A stretch of 64,000 nt of DNA from Geosiphon pyriformis uo1 (GCA_016748015.1 JAAOMT010000599.1:574480-638479); one strand, 5' to 3'; positions 48,876 through 64,000 are shown, numbered from the stretch's first letter. Notes: a model not told the origin generated them from the letters alone. Numbers and translations: made by a program.

Positions 48876-51529
48876 ACAACTCAAAAAATTGGTATATTAT
48901 AGTTGTAGTATTTTACCAAATGGCCTAAAACTAAAGCTATTCAAAGAGCAAATACAAAATCAATAACAAATTTCATTTATAAAAACATTATTTGTAGACA
49001 TAAATGTCTAATTAAACTTTTATTTAATCAAAAAACATATTTTGTGAACAATTTAATACAAAAAATTTGTAAATAGTTTAATATTAAATAACTGTTATTA
49101 TCACTCTATTATCTATAAACAAATATATTAGTAAAACAGTTTAATTGAACATTGTATGAATTATTAACTAAAGTCATAACCAATTTTGAGCAAAAATAAA
49201 ATATTTTTATTTCATTAGTGTTACTAACTTATAAAACATTAAAGCAAAATACTATAAAACACATATTATTTAACTTTACTTATGGAAAAACAGCAATATT
49301 ACCAATTAGTTTTATATTAAAAACATATTTAATACAACTTATTATAAAAAAAAACTTTTAAAAAACACTCTAATAAAGAGCTTATACTCTTTTCAACACA
49401 TTAGAAAAAAACAACAAATTGCAGTCATTTATATTAAATACTTTTAAGCTCAACAAAAAAAATGACATAATAACAAATTGCCACTAGCTACTAATAAATT
49501 CAAAGTTGAAAATAAAGTTTTCTTATACAAAACTAAGACCAAAAAACAATGAAGTAAAAAATTCGATCATAAATAGAATAAACTATTTTATATTTATAAA
49601 ATATTAGGCAATAAATTATACAAATTAAGACTTGATAATAAAATCCTAGCAAAAGTTGCACATAAAAATTAATTGAAACACTATTATTTTAAAACCAATC
49701 TTGGATTATTAATTCCACAAATTAGTATATATTCTTTTTTAATTAATTCTGAAAATATTTTCCAAAATCTAAAACCAATAGTTATAATACAACAATAACC
49801 AAATTTAAACATTTAAATTATTTAATTATATTAGTAATTTTTTTTAAAAATAACACAAAAACATTAAACAAAAATAATAAAATAATTACCAGAAAATACT
49901 TAATTTTAAAAATATATAAAAATTATTATACCAAAAATAATTTTTTTTTATTCTTTTATTTTATCAAATTTTATTATTTTTTTTTAAATTATAATACTTA
50001 TTCTCCAAAACATTTAACAAATATTCCAAAAATTAATATTAGTTCTAAAAACATATCTTGACTTATTTATAACAATTAATAAAAGTCAAATTAATTATAT
50101 TCAAAAAAAAACCACAATTTCAATAGTAAATAATTTTCAGAATTATTACTCTTATAAAAAAAACACAAGAAATTATTTTGAAATTCAACTACTAAAACTT
50201 TTAAAACAAGCTTTAAAAGAAAATTTATTATTTATCCTTATAAATATTTTTCCAAATACCACAATACAACAAAAACTTCAAGCTATGTTTTAATAAGTAA
50301 ATATACTCTTATTTATTAATACTTTCAAATTGGAAAAACATTATACCAACAAAAACTGAAACTTAAGACAACTAATTTTACTTATAAAGCTATATAAAAA
50401 CAAATTTACAATAAATTTAAGACAACAGCTGAATCAATAAATGCTTGATACAAACTTAGAGCAGCTTTTAGATTCTATAATCTATTCAATATTTGTAAAA
50501 ATATTTTACAGAATTCAATATTTCAATTAATAAAAATTTAATATATTAACAAACTTACAAAACTAAAATTTCAACAATTTTTAAACCAAATTATTTTAAT
50601 CATTTTGGATTATTATCTTGATATTACAGATAATGCTTGAACTTCAACAAAGGTCAGTCTTAAAAAAAATTATGTTACCAGTAGAATTTTAATTATTAAT
50701 TAGCATAAAATTACTCTTATAATTCCTATTATTAATTAACATATATTATTATTATTTTAATTATTACTTATTATTTAATTAAAACTATAAAATATTACTA
50801 TTTAATTAATAATCTGTTTTGTATAATAAAAATTAAAATAATCAGATTACACAATACCTTAAACTATGTAATATTTAAGAATTTGCTGAAATTTGTAGAA
50901 ATAATAGATAGTTTACTAAAATAGTTTATAATTTCTAGAAATAATTTGTAGTTTACTAAAATATATTTTTAATTCATTAAAATTATAGCAAAAAAAAAAG
51001 TTCAAGTTCATAAACTAGTACTATAACAAGTTGTATAAAAAAAAAGCTTTTTTTTTTGAGAAAATATATCTTAATTTTATCTTATATTATTTTAAAATTA
51101 TTATTTTTAGTACAAGTTTTTTAGTACAAATTAAATAAAAATCAAACATTTGAAAAACACAAATTCATTAATTAACTATACTTAAAATTTTCCAAATTTC
51201 AATTAATATTTTGAAATTGATTAGTTACTAATTTTAGTAATTTATTAGTAACTTCAGATCTAAAAAAAAATTTTTTAACAAAATTTTTTTTTTTATTTTT
51301 TTTTATTTTTTTTGCTTTTTTTATTATATATATTAAAGTAGTTTACAGATAAAATTTTTGTAGAAAAGTTGACTTTTACAGCAAAATAACTACACATTTT
51401 TAGTAAACTTTCAAATAAGCAATTCCTAAAAAAGAATTGACTTTTATTGCAAAGTAATTATATAAGTAACTAATACAAAATTGGCTATTCTATTCATAAG
51501 TCCAACAGTTTAAATTATAGAAGATAATT

Positions 51530-54436
51530 TAAAAATAAATTCAGTTATCAGAGATTTATAGCTTCTAATAATTAGAAATTAAACAGTAAAACAACAATAA
51601 CAACATTCAAGAAAAAAGACCAAAAACTTTTAGTAATAATATCTAACTTGTTAAGATTATTACTACCAAAACCCAATTTTAGTAATAATTAATATTAAGA
51701 AATTAAATTAGAAAAAAAAATCAAAAATCAAAAATCAAAAAACATAATCTTAAATTTAATTATATTTCAAAATTCAGTAATCTAAACTTCAGAAATTAAT
51801 TAAATCCTAATAAATTTAATTGTATTAGAAAATTTATTATAAATATTACTTATTTACATAATTTTTTTATTATTATATGTACTTTTTTTTCTAATAATAT
51901 TAATAGCATATATCTTAATTGCCAAATTAAAAAAATTTATTAATAAAAAAAATAATGTCCAAATATGGCTAAATAATATAAAAAAAGCTATTGTTGTTAA
52001 TAATTAAAATAATACTAAAGTTTTATAAACAATTTTTTTTTTTAAGATATGATTAACTTATAATATCAAAGTTTTGCCACAAAACTAGTATTATTCAATA
52101 ACTTTAAGACTGTATTTTTACAATATTTTAACAATTATAATAGTATTATTTGACTACAGAAATACTTTAATATTATTAAACAAAAAAACAACAAAATAGT
52201 CATTACATATTTAGAACAATTTTATTATTACTTATGTTAATTCAAATAATTAATGTCAATTATTATATAATATCACAAATTTTAAACCAATTTATTAAAA
52301 AATTATACAGTAATATCTTCTAATATATATATTTATTATATTTAGCAAATTTTTAAGCAGCAATTATGCTGGTCTAAAATTTTAAATTGGTTAAACTTAA
52401 AACAAATTATGTCTAAACTGTAAAATTAATAATAAATAAATTATTTAAACTAAATATCAAGTTGAAATAGCTTAATAATAACATTAAACAAAAATTAGAA
52501 AAGTACTTAGTTAATAATTAAACTATGTATTAACTTCTATAATATTATAAATATTAAAAGAACAATTATTATTTTTAGAATACAATATAACTATTACTAT
52601 TATCAAATTCATGATAATAAAAAACCAAGATATATTATTATTGCTACAAATAAGACCACTTAAAAATTAATTGTGAATTTTAATTAAGTAACTAGTAATC
52701 AAAAAACTAATATCAAAACTTTAATTAAAGAATTCAAATTCTAAATTACAAGTTTAAAATTTAACAAAATCAATATTAATTATCATAATACTATATACTA
52801 ATATCTCAACAATAATTACAACTACAGCCAATATATATATTTTATTCATAATTATAGCTAACAATTGTTTATTAATCCTTAAATTAAAGACTAGTATTAT
52901 AATTACAATACCAAATTTTATTTTTGGCTTAAATTTAAAACCCAAAACCAAAAACTATTTAATAAAATTAGAGATTGACAATAATAATACATTAACTAAT
53001 CTTCAATACTATTAATCTACAAGCTAAAATATAAGTTCAAAATTCAAAAAACATCTAACTATTATTCTTAAATTTGCAGAATTATTAAGTTTTTTTTATT
53101 ATAATTAAAGTTAATATTTACAACAATAATATCCAATATTACAACATAATTTCACTTGTAATTATTATTAAAAATAGTATACTTGTTATTATCTTTCTCT
53201 TTAAATTAAAAAAAAACCAATATTTAATAAAACAGTCTTAAATTTAATATAATTTATTACTATTATATATACTAATACCAAAATTAATAATCAATTTATT
53301 AAGTTTATTCTTAATGGTAGTATAATAAACAGTATTATTACATGATAATTCATAAACTAATTAGGTTACTAAGTTAATTAAATTGCTAATTCATAAATTA
53401 TTACAGTTTATAAAGCTATAAAAACTTCAATCAATAGAATTAATAGCTTTTTTTTGAAGTCAATAGTATTATAACACCAATTAAGATTTTTATTATAAAA
53501 ACCATATAATATTAAGCATTTATTAATAATAAATAATTTTTTAAGCTTAATATTATACTTAACTAAAACACTTAAAAACTTCAATTAAGCTATTAAAAAT
53601 ATTATGTAAAAATACTAGTAATATATGAACATTTTAAAATAACCAACAAAATTCTATTTATCAAATTAAAAAAAAAAAGCCTATTTTAAAAACATATTAA
53701 GTCTTATAAATTAACAATTTTAGCAACAACTTATTAACTGTACTAACTTAAAAAAAAATCATAAACTATAGTTTTTTCATATATACTACTATATCAAAGA
53801 AAAAATAAACACAATTATTTTATTATGACTATATAATATCTACAAAAATTCATATTATTAATAATTAAAGTTAATTTATATTGATTATAAAAAGAAATTT
53901 TTATTTATAGATACATATTATAGTAATAATAAAAAATACTTGATAACAATTAATTATTACTGTTATTTATATATTTTTAAATAATTTGGCTATTCAAAAA
54001 GACAAAAAAAATAGAACAACAAATTATGTTTAATATGTAAAAAAAACTTTTTTAAATAGAACAATATAAAATAATATTTCAAAAAAAAAATATAATAAAT
54101 TGTGCTAATATATAATTTTTATTTACAACTAAATAAAAAAAAAACACCATTATAAACTACTTATAATTATGTTTTCAACCAATTGAACAGTTGTTTATAT
54201 GATAAAGATAAAATTTGAAAAATAATAATTGCCAAATATAATAATACTATTAAAAAAAATTTACATAATTAAAAATACAAGAGAAAAAAAATTGTTCTAA
54301 AACTCATCTTTTATAATACTTAATAATTCAGTCAAATTTAATAAATATTACCAATTATTGGTATTTATTTGAAAAAAGCAAGAACAACAATTTACTAATT
54401 TAAATACTTAACTATGTAAATACTGTTTTATTTTAT
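51530..54436 (+). mobile_element. Highly decayed Gypsy fragment E (gag, protease, Cys-rich domain) of the A/B family
   Basis: Relics IAYILIAKLKKF...VQIWLNNIKKAI (~51900-52010) and IYTNTKINNQFIKFILN (~53265-53315); collinear with B up to the QLCxxCL motif. Confidence 0.8.
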
Positions 54437-55909
54437 TGTTATAAGTAAACTTGATAAAGTATTATGATAATGTTTAGTGCTTTGATTTTGAGTAAAAAAG
54501 TTGTAAGATTTTTTTTGAATACATAAAAGATGTATTAGAAGTATTAGTTTCTAAAAGTTTTTACTATATGTAAATTTATCTGTAAAGTTCTTTGGTTATA
54601 AAACACAAAAATATGTTTCGGCAGTTTATAGTTGTAAATATAAGCTATTTTTTTTGAGTTAGTTAAGCATAGTTGCTAAAATCTGATATTGTTTTTTCAC
54701 TTTTTTAATAAATTAATAAGATAAAATTAATATTCAAACTTAAAAAAAGCTTTTTTTTTTACTAGATTATTAAAAAGTTTATTTTTAAACAGTTAATTTC
54801 TAATATTTTTACTTCACAAAAAAAAAATCAAGAAAAAAAAAATAAAAAAAAAAATAAAAAAACGTAAAAAAAAATTAGTATTATTAATTGCTATAATCAA
54901 AAATAATTAGTTTAAGTTATTAAGGTTTTAAAAATATTTATATTAATAATATTTAATTTAAAATAAAAATAAGAAAAACAATTAATTTAATTTTGATAAT
55001 ATGAATTCTAAAATTATGTATAAGTGAATTAAATAATATTTTATTTAATAATTAATAAAAAATATTGAAAAAATAAGATAAAAAAGTTTATCAAGTTTGA
55101 AAATAAGATATTTATAAGAGAATTAATTCTTGTTTTTTGTCTGTCTTTTTTTATCTACTAAAACTATTTGTTTTTATACACATTCTTTAGTTTTATAAAA
55201 TTGTTTTTAATTATTTGTTATTATTAACTATTGTTTACTATTTTTATTATTGCTTTGTTCTTTTATATTATTGTTATAAATTAGAGTAATAAGCTAATAA
55301 ATAGCAAAAAAAAACAGAATTACAAGATGATAAAATTAATCAAAGAGAAAATTACAATAAGAGAGCAAATTAAATAAATAAGAATTTAATATATGTAATC
55401 AGTCTTATAAAAATCACAGTTGTAAATCTTTTCTAAAAATCTGAACATAAAAAAATAGATTGTAATTGTCAACAAAATAATACTACTATTATTATTTTAT
55501 GTTTCAATTTAGTAATTCTTAAAATCAATAATAAATATTGTTATGCTTTTCAATTGTTTTTTTATTTAAAAAATTACAAAAGCAAGCAATTGTTTTTCAG
55601 ACTAATTCTAATAATACAATCAAAAAGAGGAAAAGATAAGATATGTAAATACCAACAAATGATCTTTTATTTTAAAATGTTCAAATACTTAAAAGTAGAA
55701 AAAAAAAATAAGTAATATAAGAAGAAATAATTAATAGTAAGTTTTATTTCATTATTTTAATTATGTTCTTTTATATTTAAAGAACTTATTACTGATATAA
55801 CTATTAAAAGTGATTAATAATTAAGTTAATAGTTAGATTAACAATTAGATTATTGATCATTATTTAAAATAGAGTGGCTAATTATATAATATTAATAATT
55901 AATATATAT

Positions 55910-58900
55910 TATTATAAGTAATTATTTAGAGTATTAAAACAAATAATAAACCTATAACTTGGTGCTTAATAGCTGTTAATAATAGTGGTTTTTGAAGATT
56001 TTGGTTGAGTTTTTTATATAATAAACAAAGATTCAATTGATAGTTTCTTTTATGAATTTTTTTTTTAGTATAATAGCCAGTTTATTTTGGTAGTTATGCT
56101 TTTTTGGTAAGTTATTTTTAAGTTTTTTATTTTTGTTTCTGGGTTTTTTATTAACATTAATTATTCAGTACTTAATTTTTTTAATTAATTAGTAAACAAC
56201 AAAAAAAATAAAATAAAAAAAAATAAAAAAAATAAAAAATAAAAATAAAATAAAAAATTAATATTCCATCAATAACTATAATTAAGAACTATTAATTCAA
56301 TATGATTAAATATTAGCTTATATTAATATAGAATATTAATAATGTGAAATTAATTAATATTTTTTAATTAAGTAATAATAATATAGATTGAATGATAATA
56401 GATAATTTTATTAATATTGATATAATTCTATTTTAAGTTATAGAAAACTATTTTTTAAAAAGAAAGGTATTAAAAATTACTTATATTAAACTATAGTTTT
56501 GTTTCTAAATCTGTTTTTTTTATTTTTAATATTTTTGCTATATATACATAACTTATGTTATATAAGATTCAATTCTTTTAAAAAAAATTCTGAAATTTTG
56601 CAATTTTTTAAGAAAAATCTTGTAATTTCTCTTTTTACTATACTTTTTTCTTATTAGTTATTTTTTTATTGGTTATTTTTCTACCTATTATGATTTTTAT
56701 TTCTATAAATAATAATTTTTTTTTTAATATTGAGCTTCATTAAAATTTTCTAACTTTTCTAAATTTTTCTTTTAAATTAATTCTATTACTTTTTTTTCTA
56801 AAATTACTTAAGCAATTTTGGTTTGTAATTCTTTAAATTAGGCATTGGTAATTTTTTTCAATTGATTAATGATTACTGTGTTTATTGTTGAATATAGCAG
56901 TATTTTTGTATGTTTATGAAATTCTGCTTGTAACTAGTATATTGTTTGTGCTTATATGAATAGATTATTTTTTTTCATAAATTGTTTTATTTGTTGTAAT
57001 ATTATTGTATCAAACATTTATTTTGTTTTATTAATATACAAATTCTAAATATTGAGCTTTTTTTCTAAATGGTAATAACAAAAGTTTTTAAGAAATTATT
57101 GTGTCCATTATTTTCAATTTTTTTCTATTAACTTCTTATATAGTATTATTATGTTTGGTATATCTAATAGTATTTTTACTTTTGCTATTATATTTTTGAT
57201 TATGTTTTTAGTTTTTATGTGTACCCTATATTGTACTTCATATTAAAATTTTGGTTTTTTTTTAGTGTCTTTGTATTGTATTATTTGTTGATTGATTGTA
57301 ATTTTTATGTTCAGTTTTTGATATTTAATAAGTTAAAATAATTTTTGGGCTAGGAAGTAAATATTGTTTATAATTTTCATTTTTTTTATTGTTTTGTTGT
57401 ATGTTAGTTCTTTATATATTGTTCTAATAAATCAATTTAACATGTTTGTGTCAATAATTATGATTGGTCTCAGATTTCATGAAATTTTATTTGGTTGGAC
57501 TAATATTTGTTGTATTTTCAGTTGTGAAATATTATTAATAGATAATAATACTATATTGTAATATAATTTCAGTTAATTACTATGTATTGTTTTAACTAAG
57601 ATTTTGTTGTTTTATCTTAACTTATATGCTTTATTTTTCAGAATTTTTTCAATATAAAATAAATTGTCTTATTTGGGGTCAAATTTTTTACTCTATTGTT
57701 TTTCCACTTTAATATAATATAAGAGTATTTTGTCTTTAATTCTGAATTTGGCTGATTTATCTAATAACTAATTATTATTTTGTTTTTTTGTTTTTCTGTG
57801 ACTTTTGTATATTATTAACTGCTTTTTGTTTTTTGTTTTTTAGAATTTCTATCAAGTTATATGTTCTTTTTAGCAATTTTTCTTGAAAGTTGGCTTCTGT
57901 TATTAGTTCAGTTGAATATGTATTTATTTCTATCTTAACTGATAATATTGCTGTTCTATTATAGATTAATTTAAATAATATTGCTTGTGTGATATTTTGT
58001 TTTATTGTCTAATAAACAAATAATACTGATGATATAAACAAATCTTATTTATTCTGATTTTTTTGGCTAATTTTGGCTATTGCTTTACATAATATTCTGT
58101 TGAATTTTTTGACTAGGCTATTTGTTTATAAGTAATATAATAATAATAATAGCTTCTTAATTTCAAATCTTTGATTTAATTTGGTTAATGTTTTGTTTAC
58201 AAAATGGATTTCTTGGTCTAATAACAATTTTTTTGAACATTTATGTTAGCAAATCAAATTTTAGTATAAGAATTTGGCTATAGATTCTGTATTTGTTCTT
58301 TGAATTGTTTTAGTTTCTGGCTATTTTATGAGATAATTCATAATTACTGCTATGTATTAATTGCTTTTATTGGTTATTATTAATAATTTAACTAAGTTAA
58401 TTTTAATTCAATTAAATGGTTGTTTTACTTTGATTGGTTTTAGTGGCTCATTGGGTTTTGTTTTTTTCTTTAACAAGCATTACAATTTTAAACATATTGA
58501 ATAATATTTAAATATATTAATAACTAATAGTATTTTTTTCTGGTTTTTTTTATGGTTGTTTTTTATAGAAGTGTTCTGTAATTAGATCTGAGTACATATT
58601 TAACAGTATTGTTTTTTTTTTGATTTTATGACTATTTTAAATAGTTGGTCTGAATTTTTTCTGTTTTTTTAATATAGTATATTTTGATAAGTAATAAAAT
58701 ATTTTGATTGTTGTTTTATGTGGTTTTGTTCTTTTTAAAATATATTTTTTTAAATTATTGAATATTAATATAATATTAGAATTGTTAGTATTTTTGGGTA
58801 TTTATTTTTTGTTATATTTTTGGTTTGAAATGTTTTTAGATTGGTCTTATTTATGACAAATCATTAGCATTTCTATTTTTTTTTTATAATGTATAGAATA

Positions 58901-61900
58901 ATTAAATAATGATAATTTTATTTTCTATTTTACATGACAAATTTTTGCTTCTGAATTAATGTTAATTTTTTGTAATCAGTGTATACATCAAATTTCTAAT
59001 TCAAGTATTTTTTTTATTTTATAATAGCTCAATAGATAGCTAAATGTTTTAGTACTAATATTCTATAGTTTTTTTCAATTAAACTTAAACTTTGGTTGGC
59101 ATATGTTACTGGATGTTCTTATTTATCTGATTTTTTTTGTAATAATACTGCTTCTAATATTTGTTCTAATGTATTGGTAGTAATAATAAATGATTTACTG
59201 TAATCTAAATAAATTAATACTAGAGCTTGAATAAGCTTTCTTTGCAATATGTTAAAAGCTTTTTATTGGTTTTTTATTTATTTATATTTGGTGTTTTTTG
59301 CTTAAAGCTGGTGGAGTAATTAAGCCAATTTAAAAAATTTTTGAATAAAGCAGCAGTAGTATTCAGCAAATTCCAAAAATGCTTGTAATTTAATTAAATT
59401 GTTAAGAACTAAAAAGTTTTTAACTATCTTAATCTTATTTAAATTTGTTTTTATGTTATTATTACTCATAGAAAAAAAATACAAAAAAAAATAGAAAAAA
59501 CAGATAGTAAAAATAGACCAATAGAAGAATAATACCCAGTAAGTAAGCATATTATTAGAAAATTATAGCATATTGCTTAGCAATAAGCATATTGTTAAAA
59601 AATTATAACATATTGTTCAAGAATATATAAAATCTTATATAACAAAATTTATGTATATATAGCAAGAGTATTAGAAACAGAAAAAATATTCATTTAGTTT
59701 AAAGTAAAAAAAAGTAGTTAAAGATCAATAATTATTCAATATTTTTTTCTTCAAAAGATAGTTTCTATAACTTGAAATGGAATCATATTCATATTAATAA
59801 AATTATTTATTATTATTCTATTTATGTTATTATTACTTGATTAAAAAAAATATTAATCATTTCCACCTTATCAACAATTTATGTTAATAAAACCTAATAC
59901 TTAACCACATTAGACCAATAACTTTTGATCACAGCTATTAACAAGATATTAATTTTTTATTTTATTTTTTTATTTTTATTTTATTTTTTTTTGTTTTATT
60001 TTTTTGGTTGTTATTAATTGATTAAAAAGATTAAGCACTAAATAATTGACATCAAAAATAGCCTGGTAAAAGATCTGGAAACAAGGATAGAAAACTTAAA
60101 AATAACTTATCAAAAAAACACAACTGCCAAAATAAACCAGTTATAATGCTAAAAAAAAAATTCACAAAAAAAACCATTAATTAAATCTTTGTTTATTATA
60201 TAAAGAATTCAACTAAAATCTTTAGACTTCAAAACCTTCAGAAACTATTATCATTAACAATTGTTGAGCACCAAATTATGGGTTTGTTATTTGTTCTAAC
60301 CCTCCAAATAATTACTTATAATACTGTTTTTGCTTATGATATGTTTTAAAAACTTGAATTTAGTTTTTCCAAAGAAGTATTTAGTAGTATTTAATTTTAA
60401 TCTGGCTTTTCTTAACCTTTTAAATACTTGTTGAAGATAATAAAAATAGTTGTCAACTGTTTTGAAAAATGCATTGGTATTATCTAAGTAGATTACTACT
60501 GATTTTTATAGTAATTCTATATAGACAATTTCTATTAATTATTGCAAAGTGACTAGAGTATTGGTTAAGTCAAATAGCATAATATCAAATTCAAAGTTCT
60601 TTTTTCTGATAGTAAATACTGTCTTTTTTTTTTCAGCTAAATTTATTATTACTTGCTAGTAATCACTATTTAAGTCCAATGTTGAGAATTATTTCTTTTT
60701 TCTAAACATATTGAATAGTTTTTGGATTTATAAAGTTAAATAACTATCTTTATGTATAATATTGTTGAGTTTTTTATAATCTATACAAAAACATATTTTT
60801 TTATTTTTTTCAAATGAGTATTATCAATAATAATTATGAATTTATTGATAGTTGAATTTATTTATTGTCTAATATATAGTTGTTTTTTTAACAAATGATT
60901 TTATAACTAGTGAATAATACTTGGTATGCTCTTTGTTTAATTGGTATTGTATTTTCAGTTTTAATCTGATGTTAGATAATATTAGCTCTGCCAAATTTAT
61001 TTCTACTTGCAAAGATATTGGTAAAATTGTTAAGTAGTAGCTTGAACTACATATGTTAAAATAGATTTAAGTTTTCCAAGTTTATTTGTTCTAATTGTTT
61101 TGATTGTAGGAAATAATATTTTTTTCATTTATAAATTGTTTATAATATAATGTCCATACACAGTTGTAAAAAGTTTAAAATGGTTGTTGGTACTTGATTT
61201 TTAACTTTAGTGTTTAAGTATTTGATGATAATTTTACTTAGTATTTCTATAAGATCTTTAGATTAGTAATAACATTTTTTTCTGATTCACAAATAACAGG
61301 TTTTACTTCAAAAATTTAAAATTGATCTTTTATTTTTTTTTTTTAGTTAATATATGCTGATTATATAGTGGAATAGAAATTAATTGATTGATAGAGATAA
61401 TTTTTTCTTGATCAATTGTTTTTTTTTTACTATATTAATTGGTATTTTTATTTTACTTGTAAATTCAAATTCTTTTATCCTTTTTGCTGTAATTCCTAAA
61501 TTTTTTCTTGTTTCTACTAATATTAACTAAGCTATTTTTATTAGAGATAAAAATGTTGTCTGCTATTTTTTCATTTAGTTTAATGATATATGTTTTTTTT
61601 AATTTAATTCATAGTATTGTAATAATATTTTTTATATATTCTGTATCAATTATTTTTTTTTGATATTAATTCTTTTTTTTTGTTAAATTAGATATAAATG
61701 TTAATTAGACTATTGTTGTTATCAGAATTTTCAGTACTATTTTCAAATCTATATTGATGCATGAATAAGATTTTAATTAGATGGCAGTTTTTTTCAGATA
61801 TTTAAAATCAAATTCTATATTAGTATTATATATACATTTTGGCATAATATTTTTATTATTATTACTAAATCATTTAAGTTTCTGCTTTTTTAAAAGATCT

Positions 61901-64000
61901 GAGAGTGTAATATATTGTTTAGAGTTTTTATTAGAATTTAAATTATTGTTATTATTATTGCCATTATAGACAAAGTTAGAAATTATTGTTGTTATTATTA
62001 TTAGAGTTTAAATTGGAATTAATTTTTGATTTCAATTCTAAAGTATAACTATTAATTAATTTTTTTTCTTTGAAAATTGAATAGATTATGTACAGTGGTA
62101 AATTGTAGATAAGATTACAATTGTTATAATATTCGAAATCATTAAAAATTAAACAATGTTTACAAAGTTTAATATTTGATTGTTCTAAATACTGCTTTTG
62201 TTTTTCTCTGATGAATGTTAAATTTTGATAATGTTTATGGAATTGTTTTGGGTTGTTTATAATGTTAATAAATACATCTGGGTTTGAAATAAAAACAGTA
62301 TTGATTGGTTTTGATAAGTTATTTTTAATTGTTAGTATTTCACTGGACAAAATCTCTTTGATTTTAACACTTGTTATTCTTTAAATTTTGTTTTTATTAT
62401 GTGGATAACTGTTTAAACACAAGAAAACTTTGTTTCATACAGCATTAAAAAACATTTCTTTGCTTATCCAGTTGTTTATGAAGATTATATATTGGCACAA
62501 TGTATCACATATTTTTCTTTAATTAAAAATATTATTTCACATTTTTTTATTAAGTAATGTTTTTTTGCAAACAAGATATGATTTATTATTCCACTTTTTC
62601 TGTTGTTTTAGATAACCAAATTATTTTTAGTAGTATGCTTTACAATAGTACATATTTTATGGTTTTTTTTAGACAAAATCTAAGCTTTTATAAATAAAAG
62701 CTTCTTTTTATAATCAATATACTTGAGAAAAATATAAGGTGATTATTTTCTTAATTCTGGTATTAAATATAAAGCATGTTAAATATTGTTTGTTCCTTTG
62801 GTAAAAATAATAGCTTGTAGTTTATTTTATTTTTTTTCTTTTCTTTTGTTATCCCAAGATAGAATTAGTAGTAGTTTATTGTAATTATTTTCAGTCTATA
62901 AAACTTGATAGGCTTTTTAGATAGATTGTTTTTTTTTTAAAGCTTAATTAATAATTGCTTTTTTGAAAAAGCTTTAAAGTAACTACAAGTAACTGGTACT
63001 TAAGTATGCTAACCATTTTGACTAAGTTGTAGTTTTTAAGTATTTTAATTAAGTATAATATTGGTTTTGAACAGCCAGTTATTACTAACAAGAGCTTAAT
63101 ATTACATGACTTTTATTACCAAAACTTTGATAAATGTAATAATACCATTGATTTTAAAAAAGATGTTATTAATTTTGTCAATTGGAGTTTTTATTACTCT
63201 ATTAACTGTAATAATTCTAACATTAACAGTTTGATTAATTTGGTGATCTAATTGGTTCATAAATTGTCTAATAATATTATTATTTGTTAACTTACTATTA
63301 AAAATAAGCTTGATAAATTGGTTATTAATTTTAGCATTAATGTATATAATAGTAATTGGTTTGGTGTTGAAAATAACTTCACTAAATAGAAACATTATTG
63401 TTAATTCTTCTAATTCAAAAAAAAATATGGCTGTAAATAACTTATCTTTAGTAACAATTGCTAATAGAATATTATTAATAAGTAGTTGTTTGGCTGTTTT
63501 AGATTGTTGAATTGAGTGTTTTCTAAAATAACCAAAAAACTTAAATAGCTTTAAGAATTCAGATTTTAGAAATGTTTGTTTCTCAAATTTTTTGAATATA
63601 ATCTTGTTAACTGGTTCAATAAACTAGGAATTAGTTAGTATATTCCTATTACCAATCTTTAATTTTGTTAAATATAAGTGATTCTTAGCCTTGAATTTTT
63701 AGTTGATATTGGCACAATATTTTGGAGCAGCACTTAAATTTGTTGGGATTAATAAATTATTTATGGCAGTAGGACTTAATAAATTATTGGTGTTGAAGTC
63801 TAATAAATAAAAGATAAATATATTAGTTATTAAGTTATTAAAGTGTAATAAGACTAATATTAATATTGTTTGGTTAAATTGTTAATGTAATTTGAAGATT
63901 TGAAATTGGTAATTAGAGTTTCTATATTGGTTTTTTGATTGTAAATTATTAGATCTAAAACAGCAATCTGTTTTTAGATGGTCTTATTTACTACGATAAT
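55910..64000 (-). mobile_element. Decayed Gypsy element F of the A/B family (3' LTR 55910-56714, ORF3, integrase, RH/RT, dUTPase ~61455-61845, protease 63102-63395, gag running off the right edge)
   Basis: Nucleotide collinearity with A/B after C>T/G>A decay; ORFs 63102..63395, 61976..62350 and part of 59320..59550. Confidence 0.9.
59460..60323 (+). repeat. Solo LTR G of the A/B/F family inserted antisense into RT of F
   Basis: Ends TATTACTCATAG...CTTATAATA (decayed TGTTAC/GTAACA); F RT is continuous across it; flanks TTAT/CTGT are compatible with one decayed 4-bp TSD (CCGT). Confidence 0.88.

Larger units (their letters stand above)
44800..50672 (+). mobile_element. Highly decayed Gypsy element D (RT, RNase H, integrase, ORF3, PPT), interrupted by the ORF1-only LINE derivative
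   Basis: Relic motifs YWQIKID, VVIYLDN, LVYSDFSKKF, FTKWP, KFDHK; RNase H stop at 46084-46086; probable 3' LTR starts TGTTAC at 50673. Confidence 0.85.

Overview
This is a eukaryotic, AT-rich transposon graveyard with no recognisable host gene. The style of the elements resembles arbuscular-mycorrhizal/Glomeromycota fungi such as Geosiphon; that is an inference from memory, not a search result. The window holds at least six nested Ty3/Gypsy LTR-retrotransposon copies and one solo LTR. A (minus, 1-17397) is split by full-length B (plus, 4648-14678, TCAG TSD). C (minus, 27439-37901, ACAC TSD) is mis-assembled around seven 20-N gaps and a Nextera adapter. D, E and F are heavily decayed, and solo LTR G sits inside F. 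There are also four RNase H-type LINE copies or fragments and one ORF1-only, poly(A)-tailed non-autonomous LINE derivative (HAL1-like) with a 13-bp TSD. The Gypsy family has an unusual three-cistron layout. ORF1 is Gag-protease-Cys-rich domain-dUTPase-RT-RNase H and stops at the same codon in five copies. Integrase is a separate ORF with its own ATG. A conserved ~220-aa non-env ORF3 follows, and its stop codon abuts the polypurine tract. The LINEs and the ORF1-only element share a covarying double-hairpin 3' UTR. All copies show pervasive C>T/G>A transitions in CpG and non-CpG contexts, and the oldest have decayed to near-pure A/T.
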